From NCBI GenBank assembly GCA_965223905.1, contig CBDCXV010000001.1:640001-704000 (forward strand): DNA of 64,000 bases. The letters run 5' to 3'. Below the pieces are notes generated by a model. It was not told where the DNA came from. It saw only the letters and a program-made list of their open reading frames with translations, and ran no database searches. Source of the DNA: Candidatus Latescibacterota bacterium. Its GTDB lineage: Bacteria; Latescibacterota; UBA2968; UBA8231. A program made the position numbers and the translations under genes. Positions 57,433 through 64,000 of this stretch are shown piece after piece. The stretch's first letter is position 1, and the number at the start of each line of letters is the position of its first letter.

Positions 57433-58929
57433 CTATTCATTCCGGTCCCGGTCGTTTCTGAAAACCTCACGGAGTGTGCGAAGTTCATTAAGGAGAGTCC
57501 CTCCTTCCAGGGCGACGAGGGACGCGCCGTAGGCAAACGCGAAAATGGCGACTCCCAGTACCAAGGCCGGGAGATCGGGGAAACCTTCGATGGACGAATC
57601 TGCGGTGAAGCGCAAGGCCGTGGCCGCGGCCGCCGCTAGCAGGGGAGGAGCAATGCTGCGTATCCAGGGCACGTCGACATAGCGGGTGCAGCGTCGCAGG
57701 GCGAGGACAGTACCGACCAGGGCTGTCAGGTTCATCGCCATGGCGGTGCCTGCAATTGCGAATTCCCGTGTAAGGAGGGGAGCTGAAACTAGAAGGAGGG
57801 CGGCCTGGACGGCGACGAGGGCAGCGAATCCCCGGGGATCCCCGATGCTGCGCAGCAGCGCCTGAACCGCTTCCAGAAGAGGGCGGCACAGAGAATAGAG
57901 GAGCAGGAAACGCAGGATGGGGACCATCGGCAGCCAGGTTTCCCCCAGGAGGAGGCGGGTGATAACGGGGATCTCGATAGCGAGCAGAATGGATAGGGGT
58001 ACTGCGGACCGCAGGATCCATCTCAGGGTACGTCGAAAGGAACCCGAAAGCAGTTGCCGGTCCTGATGATGGCGAGCAAATACGGCGATCATGACTCCGA
58101 TGAGGGCGTGGGTGAGGGCTCCCGTGGGGAGTTGGGCGAAGACGTGGGCGCGTTCGTAAAACCCCAGGGTCCTGACGTCGAGCAGGGCGTCCGCAACGAC
58201 CCGGTCGAAATTCAGGAGGAATGTCTGGAAGATTCCCCCGAGCCAGATCCACGCTCCATATCGGAACAGGCGACGGGCTTCGCCCGGGTTGAAATCCGAG
58301 AGGCGGAAGCGCAGCGGAGAGCGGCGGTGCCAGACCACGGCGCAATACACGAAGACGTAACCGATTCCGTAGATGGAGTGACTGAGAATCAGGGCCCAGA
58401 TCCCGGCGCCTGCATAGGCCGCGGCGATTCCTGCTGCCGCGGCGGCGATCAGGGCCAAGGCATGGGCACCTGCGAGAAAGCTGAATTCGAGGTCTCGTCT
58501 GAGTTGGGTTTCCGCCGTCTGCGCGGTTGCCCGGAAAAGATCGAAAGCGGCGAAGACGGCCAGCGCCGTTGCCACGCTGCGGCCGTAGTGGCCGTCCACG
58601 AAGAGAGCGGCAAAGGCGATGGCCCCGAGGGTCCCGAGGGCTCCCAGGCTGGTATTGAGAATGAAGTGGGTGGGCGCGAGTTCGTGGACGCGATCGTGGC
58701 GGTGCAGCAGGGCGTTGTGGAGACCGAAGCTGCGCAGGGAAATCACAAAGGCGAGAAGGGAGGCGGCCAGGGCGACGTGGCCGAAGTCCTCCGGAGCGAG
58801 CTCGCGGGTAATGATGAAGATGGCGATCCAGTTGACGAACCGGCCCGCGTAGGCGCTGCTCAGGGTGTGGACCGCGCCCCGTGCAATCCGCCTGAGCGCC
58901 ATCTCCTCCCTGTCGTCTACGGACTGCAA
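57433..58929 (-). CDS. Wzx-type polysaccharide flippase
   Basis: RELAPEDFG, LRRDLEF, AGIWAL, LGFYERA, LLLGETW; many TM segments. Confidence 0.88.
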   Translation of the reverse strand: MQSVDDREEMALRRIARGAVHTLSSAYAGRFVNWIAIFIITRELAPEDFGHVALAASLLAFVISLRSFGLHNALLHRHDRVHELAPTHFILNTSLGALGTLGAIAFAALFVDGHYGRSVATALAVFAAFDLFRATAQTAETQLRRDLEFSFLAGAHALALIAAAAAGIAAAYAGAGIWALILSHSIYGIGYVFVYCAVVWHRRSPLRFRLSDFNPGEARRLFRYGAWIWLGGIFQTFLLNFDRVVADALLDVRTLGFYERAHVFAQLPTGALTHALIGVMIAVFARHHQDRQLLSGSFRRTLRWILRSAVPLSILLAIEIPVITRLLLGETWLPMVPILRFLLLYSLCRPLLEAVQALLRSIGDPRGFAALVAVQAALLLVSAPLLTREFAIAGTAMAMNLTALVGTVLALRRCTRYVDVPWIRSIAPPLLAAAAATALRFTADSSIEGFPDLPALVLGVAIFAFAYGASLVALEGGTLLNELRTLREVFRNDRDRNE

Positions 58930-59079
58930 GTTTTCTGCCTGCTTTTCCCCATATCGGTTTCTTGGCCCGGAATCGCCGCTGTTCCTAAATTATAAGCCCA
59001 TATAGATAATAAAGTTACGGCACTTCCTGGGATTTCCTGGACTCGGTGTAACGGGCGGCGTTTCGGAAGGTGAGAAAAC

Positions 59080-60084
59080 ATGGGCAAGGTTCTGGTGACC
59101 GGCGGGGCAGGTTTCATCGGCACCCACCTGGTACGTCAGTTGAGCTCTGCGGGCCGCGAGGTCCGCATTCTCGACAACTTCGACCCCCAGGTCCACGGGG
59201 AGCGCAAACACCGCTACGGCACCGAGACAGCCGAGCACGTCACTGGCGACGTGCGCGACCCGGACATGGTGGCGAAATGTCTCGACGGCGTCGACCGCGT
59301 CGTGCACCTGGCGGCCGCGGTCGGGGTCGGCCAGTCGATGTACGAGGTGAAGTACTACGTCGACGTCAACTGCAACGGGACCGCGGTCCTCTGGGAGGAG
59401 ATCCTCAAGCTCCGCGACCGCATCGAGAAAGTGGTCGTGGCCTCCTCCATGTCGATATACGGGGAGGGAGATCCCGGCTTCACCGGCGAGAGCCACCCGC
59501 TTCGCCCGACGTCGGTCTACGCCGTCACCAAGCGGGACCAGGAGGAGATCTCCCTTTCCCTGGGACGTGCCTACGGCATTCCGACCGTCGCCCTCAGGTT
59601 TTTCAACGTCTACGGCCCCGGGCAGTCTCTGAACAATCCCTACACCGGGGTGGCGGCTATCTTCGCCTCGCAGCTGTTGAACGGTCAGGCGCCCGTCATC
59701 TTCGGCGACGGCACCCAGACCCGCGATTTCGTTCATGTACGGGACATCGTCCAGGGGATTACGCTTGCTCTCGACAGTAGCTGCCCGAGCGACGCCTACA
59801 ACGTCGGAACCGGTGCGGCCACCTCGATACTCGATCTTGCAGGACGTCTCGCCGGGGCGCTCGGTTTCAACGGAAAGATGGGACCGAGCGGCCGCGTCCG
59901 GGCCGGGGACGTCATCCACTGCGTCGCCGACATCGCCAGAATCGAGAAGGCCCTCGGTTTCGCGCCACAGGTGACCCTCGACGCAGGACTGCAGGATCTC
60001 ATTTCCTGGGCGGGTGACCAGCAGGCGGAGGACCGCGTTGCCGGCGCCGTGGGGGAGCTGGAATCGCGTGGACTTCTCGAGTAG
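59080..60084 (+). CDS. NAD-dependent nucleotide-sugar epimerase/dehydratase
   Basis: TGGAGFIG, ASSMSIYG, YAVTK, LRFFNVYGP, TRDFVHV. Confidence 0.93.
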   Translation: MGKVLVTGGAGFIGTHLVRQLSSAGREVRILDNFDPQVHGERKHRYGTETAEHVTGDVRDPDMVAKCLDGVDRVVHLAAAVGVGQSMYEVKYYVDVNCNGTAVLWEEILKLRDRIEKVVVASSMSIYGEGDPGFTGESHPLRPTSVYAVTKRDQEEISLSLGRAYGIPTVALRFFNVYGPGQSLNNPYTGVAAIFASQLLNGQAPVIFGDGTQTRDFVHVRDIVQGITLALDSSCPSDAYNVGTGAATSILDLAGRLAGALGFNGKMGPSGRVRAGDVIHCVADIARIEKALGFAPQVTLDAGLQDLISWAGDQQAEDRVAGAVGELESRGLLE

Positions 60085-60087
60085 CGG

Positions 60088-60912
60088 ATGAGCCGGATGC
60101 CGGAAGTCTCCATCGTTATCGTCAACAATAATACCGGGGAGTACGTGGGGCAGTGTCTGACGTCGATCCGCGACAACGGCGATGTCGACGCGGAGGTGAT
60201 CGTGGTCGAGAACGCTTCCGAGGACGGCAGCGGGGAAGTGCTGCGGCAGTTCCCCGAAGCAAGGGTGATCGCCAACGAGGAGAAGCTCGGGTTCAGCCAG
60301 AACAACAACCTCGGCGCCGAGGTCGGCACTGCCCCGCTTCTGCTGTTCCTCAACCCGGATACCGAGACGCCTCCGGGTAGTCTGCGGGCGATGCTCGACA
60401 CTATCGCTTCCGACCAGGAAGTCGCCGTGTTCGGCGGCCGGTGCCTCGACGCCGACGGCGAGACCGAGCGCTCCACCGGGCGGGACCCCACCTTGACCAG
60501 CCTCGCCCTCGACCGCCTCCTTCCCAAGGCGCCCCCCCTGCAGCCGCTGCTTGAGCGGTTTTCCCAGAGGCACTACCGGGGCTTCGAAAGCGACCGCGAC
60601 GTCGATTGGGTGACCGGGGCGTACCTGTGGATCAGGACCGAGGTCTTCCACCGGATCGGGGGCTGGGACAGCTCCTTTCCCCTGTACTACGAAGATACCG
60701 ACCTTTGCCGGCGGGCCCGCAAGGCCGGATTCCGGGTGCGCTACACCTGCGCCTCGACGATCAACCACTACCGCAACAAGACGCCGATGCCGAGCGCCCA
60801 TCGCAAGAAGTTGATGCGAAACGGATTGCATATCTTCATACGCAAGCACTACGGGCCCTTCCGGCGGTGGCTGTACCCGCGCGTTCTCGGACTACCGCCG
60901 GTCGCGGACTGA
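60088..60912 (+). CDS. Glycosyltransferase family 2 (WbbL-like)
   Basis: SIVIVN, VENASED, FLNPD, WVTGA, LYYEDTDLC. Confidence 0.9.
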   Translation: MSRMPEVSIVIVNNNTGEYVGQCLTSIRDNGDVDAEVIVVENASEDGSGEVLRQFPEARVIANEEKLGFSQNNNLGAEVGTAPLLLFLNPDTETPPGSLRAMLDTIASDQEVAVFGGRCLDADGETERSTGRDPTLTSLALDRLLPKAPPLQPLLERFSQRHYRGFESDRDVDWVTGAYLWIRTEVFHRIGGWDSSFPLYYEDTDLCRRARKAGFRVRYTCASTINHYRNKTPMPSAHRKKLMRNGLHIFIRKHYGPFRRWLYPRVLGLPPVAD

Positions 60913-61027
60913 AGCGGCGCGGCCACCCCCCACGGAAACGTAACCAACGGGTGTTCCGCTGCCCTTTTTATATTGATATAGGCCAAATGGATACAGTTCA
61001 GGCGAATCCCTTGATGAACCCCCGCCC

Positions 61028-61987
61028 ATGACGGCTCCTCTCAAACCCGGCGCCCCCCGCTTCCGGCGGCCCGTTTCCGTCGCCGCGGGGGCTGTCCTGC
61101 TTCCGGTTCTGCTCCTCTGGGGCGGGACCGTCGCCGGCTGCTCGAAACCGTCGCCTGAGCCGTACATCCATCTCCTGCAAAGCCAGCAGAGCAAGCAGCG
61201 GGAGAAGGCCGCGGCCAAGCTGTTGCTCTACGGCGACGAGATCGTGCCGAGGCTGATGGAGGAGGCGGACCACGAGCTGATCCGGGTGCGCTTCGAAGTG
61301 GTCCGCCTCCTCGGCCGCCTCAGGAACCGGGAGGCCGCCCCGGCGCTGATCACCGCCCTCGAGGACAAGTCCGCCATGGTGGCCGCGGTCGCCGCCTGGA
61401 GCCTCGGCGAGCTGCAGGTTCCGCAGGCGGTCGCCCCGATGCTGCGCTACGCCGGCGAAGCCTCGAAGGAGGTTCGCAAGGAGGTGGTCAGAGCCCTCGG
61501 CCGCTGCTACAGCGACTCCCTGGAGCCGGCGGTCAGGGACTCGGCCTACCGGGTGGTGTTCCGCGCCCTCAAGGACCCGACCCCGAGGGTGAGGGTGAAC
61601 GCGCTGCTGGGGATCCGGGAGTTCGGCTATCGCGGCTCCGCCGAGGAGATCATCCGCATGACCCGGGACCCCTCGGCCAAGGTGCGGCACGTGGCGGTTC
61701 AGGCGCTCGGCCAGCTGGCCTCGGGGCGGGCTCCGAGGGCCAGGCCGGTATCGGCGCGAACCCGGGAGAACGTCGTCGAGGCGCTGATCGCCTCGCTCGA
61801 GGAGCCGATGCAGACAATCAGAACCAAGGCGATCCGCTCGCTTGAAATGATCGGCGCGCAGCGGGCGGCGCCCCACCTGCGGCCCCTGGCCGAGTCCGGC
61901 ACCCCGGAAGACAGGCGCGAGGCCGGCAGGGTGTTGGAGAATCTGCTGGAGCTGCAGGCCCAGCCACCGGGATCCGAGGAGATATGA
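61028..61987 (+). CDS. HEAT-repeat lipoprotein
   Basis: Lipobox VAGC after a hydrophobic stretch; repeated LxD…VR…A…ALG units; ATGA overlap with hisG. Confidence 0.8.
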   Translation: MTAPLKPGAPRFRRPVSVAAGAVLLPVLLLWGGTVAGCSKPSPEPYIHLLQSQQSKQREKAAAKLLLYGDEIVPRLMEEADHELIRVRFEVVRLLGRLRNREAAPALITALEDKSAMVAAVAAWSLGELQVPQAVAPMLRYAGEASKEVRKEVVRALGRCYSDSLEPAVRDSAYRVVFRALKDPTPRVRVNALLGIREFGYRGSAEEIIRMTRDPSAKVRHVAVQALGQLASGRAPRARPVSARTRENVVEALIASLEEPMQTIRTKAIRSLEMIGAQRAAPHLRPLAESGTPEDRREAGRVLENLLELQAQPPGSEEI

Positions 61988-62871
61988 GCAAGCAGAGCAG
62001 ACTCGAGCTGGGCTTGCCCTCAGGCAGTCTTCGCGATGCCACCGTCAACCTGCTCGGGCGGGCGGGCTACCGGCTGGGCGTGGCTTCGAGGTCGTACCAG
62101 CCCGAGATCGACGATCCCGAAATCGGCGTGACCCTGTTCCGCGCCCAGGAGATCGCCCATTACGTAGAGCGCGGCGTCGCCGACGCCGGCATCACCGGCC
62201 GGGACTGGGTCGCGGAGAACGACGCCGACGTCGTCGAGGTCGGGGAGCTGCTCTACAGCAAGGCGACCTCGCGGCCCTACCGCTGGGTGATCGCCGTCCC
62301 GGAGGACTCCCCCATCCGCACCGTGAAGGACCTTGAGGGCAAGCGCATCGCCAGCGAGCTGGTCGGCGTCACCCGCCGCTTCCTCGCCGAGCGCGGAGTC
62401 GAGGCCGAGGTGGAGTTCTCGTGGGGAGCGACGGAGGTGAAGGCCGGCATTCCCGGGGTGGCCGACGCCATCGTCGACGGCACCGAGACCGGCTCCTCCC
62501 TGCGCGCCAACCGGCTGCGCATCGTCGAGACCCTGCTCGAGTCGACCACCCGGTTGATCGCCAACAGGGATTCCTGGAGCGATCCCTGGAAGCGGCAGAA
62601 GATCCGGAACCTGTTCACGCTGATGACGGGGGCCCTGGAGGCGGAGTCGAAGGTGGGCCTGAAGATGAACGTGCCGCGGGCGCGGCTCGACGAATTGATG
62701 GAGATGCTGCCGGCGCTGCACACGCCGACGATCTCGAGCCAGGTCGACGGCGACTGGGTGGCGGTCGAGACCATAGCGGACGAGAAGATCGTCCGCGACC
62801 TGATCCCGCGGCTGAAACGGAGCGGCGCCGAGGGGATCATCGAGTATCCCCTGAACAAGGTGGTCTACTGA
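61984..62871 (+). CDS. hisG: ATP phosphoribosyltransferase (long form)
   Basis: [36 protein letters not shown]; C-terminal regulatory domain. Confidence 0.96.
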   Translation: MSKQSRLELGLPSGSLRDATVNLLGRAGYRLGVASRSYQPEIDDPEIGVTLFRAQEIAHYVERGVADAGITGRDWVAENDADVVEVGELLYSKATSRPYRWVIAVPEDSPIRTVKDLEGKRIASELVGVTRRFLAERGVEAEVEFSWGATEVKAGIPGVADAIVDGTETGSSLRANRLRIVETLLESTTRLIANRDSWSDPWKRQKIRNLFTLMTGALEAESKVGLKMNVPRARLDELMEMLPALHTPTISSQVDGDWVAVETIADEKIVRDLIPRLKRSGAEGIIEYPLNKVVY

Positions 62872-64000
62872 TGCTCGACATCCAGCGCTGCTCCGACGCC
62901 GGCGCCCCCGCCACCGGCAAGCTGGCCGCCATCCTCAACCGCAAGGCCGGGTTTCCCCCCGAGATCGTCGATGCCGTCGCCGAAATCCTGCGCCGCGTCG
63001 AGGCCGAGGGGGATGCCGCGGTCGCCGCGTACACCCAGAAGTTCGATGGCGTCGCCCTGGCCCCCGGGGGGTTCCGCGTTCCGCGCAAGGCCCTCGACGA
63101 CGCACGGGCGGCCATGGATCCGGAGCTCGAGGAGGCGGTTTCCGGGGCGGCAGCGAATATCCGCTCGTTTCACCGCCGCCAGCTGCGCGACTCCTGGTTC
63201 CTCGAGGACGGGGACGGCGTCGTCCTGGGGAAGCGGGTCCTGCCGTTGCGCCGGGTCGGTCTCTGCGTCCCCGGAGGGCAGACCCCGCTGCTGTCGACGC
63301 TGCTGATGACCGCGGTGCCGGCGCAGGTGGCCGGCGTCAGTGAGATCTGCGTAGTCACCCCGCCCCGCCCCGGCGGCCTGCCGCACCCGGTAATTCTCGC
63401 CACTGCGGCCATGCTGGGGCTCGACGAGGTCTACGCCGTCGGCGGCGCCCAGGCGGTAGCCGCCCTTGCCTTCGGCACCGGGACCATCCCCGCGGTCGAC
63501 AAGATCGCCGGCCCCGGCGGCCCCTACACCGCCGCCGCCAAGCAGCAGGTCTACGGCCGCGTCGGCATCGACACCGTCGCCGGCCCCTCCGAGATCGTGG
63601 TGCTCGCCGACAAGATCGCCAACCCCCGGTACGTCGCCGCCGACCTGCTGTCGCAGGCCGAGCACGGCAGCGGCTTCGAGGCCGCGGTCTGCATCACCCC
63701 TTCCGAAGCGCTCGCGCGCCAGGTGCAGGCCGAGGCGAAAAAACAGCTCGCCACCCTGCCGCGGCGGCGGGAGATCGCCGCGGCCCTGGACAACTTCGGC
63801 CTCGTCGTCACCGTGCCCGACCTGGCCTCGGGGGCCCGTCTCGTCGACCGCATCGCCCCGGAGCACGTCGAGTTGCTAGTCGCCGACCCGTGGCGCTGGC
63901 TCGGCGAGATCCGCAACGCAGGAGCGGTCTTTCTCGGCGAGGCTTCCAGCGAGCCGGTCGGCGACTACTACGCCGGCACCAATCACGTGCTGCCGACCAA
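62871..64000 (+). CDS. hisD: Histidinol dehydrogenase, partial (runs off the window)
   Basis: VPGG, VGGAQA, VDKIAGPG, AGPSE, DLLSQAEH, APEH, GDYYAGTNHVLPT. Confidence 0.96.
   Translation, partial: MLDIQRCSDAGAPATGKLAAILNRKAGFPPEIVDAVAEILRRVEAEGDAAVAAYTQKFDGVALAPGGFRVPRKALDDARAAMDPELEEAVSGAAANIRSFHRRQLRDSWFLEDGDGVVLGKRVLPLRRVGLCVPGGQTPLLSTLLMTAVPAQVAGVSEICVVTPPRPGGLPHPVILATAAMLGLDEVYAVGGAQAVAALAFGTGTIPAVDKIAGPGGPYTAAAKQQVYGRVGIDTVAGPSEIVVLADKIANPRYVAADLLSQAEHGSGFEAAVCITPSEALARQVQAEAKKQLATLPRRREIAAALDNFGLVVTVPDLASGARLVDRIAPEHVELLVADPWRWLGEIRNAGAVFLGEASSEPVGDYYAGTNHVLPT

Overview
GC-rich bacterial chromosomal window with about 55 coding regions or gene remnants. I found no rRNA, tRNA, CRISPR array or transposase. 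Two secreted proteins carry a QNYPNPFN-type FlgD/T9SS-like Ig domain and one also has a dockerin and YWTD (LDL-receptor class B) repeats; this points to an FCB-group organism such as a Latescibacterota/Gemmatimonadota-like marine or sponge-associated bacterium (inference). Housekeeping genes: panB, guaB, rdgB, hisG, hisD (partial), a CnoX/YbbN-like thioredoxin and a heterodimeric ABC exporter. Catabolic genes: GH88, sialidase-like and GH32-like propellers, two enolase-superfamily dehydratases, a ThDP enzyme, an OYE-type flavin reductase, and a phnA-phnY cluster led by a Zn alcohol dehydrogenase instead of phnW. Also present: an aquaporin-arsC pair, lower-GC defence-like inserts (DUF262 + HEPN; SLATT-like 2TM protein + Pro-rich micro-ORF) and a surface-glycan locus. 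The most notable candidate system is a 1306-aa protein with three six-bladed YWTD propellers separated by an unrecognised two-Cys spacer domain, encoded directly upstream of a TMTC-like membrane/TPR protein. At least seven genes are broken by deletions, frameshifts or a nonsense codon. All product calls come from motif recognition by eye, not from database searches.
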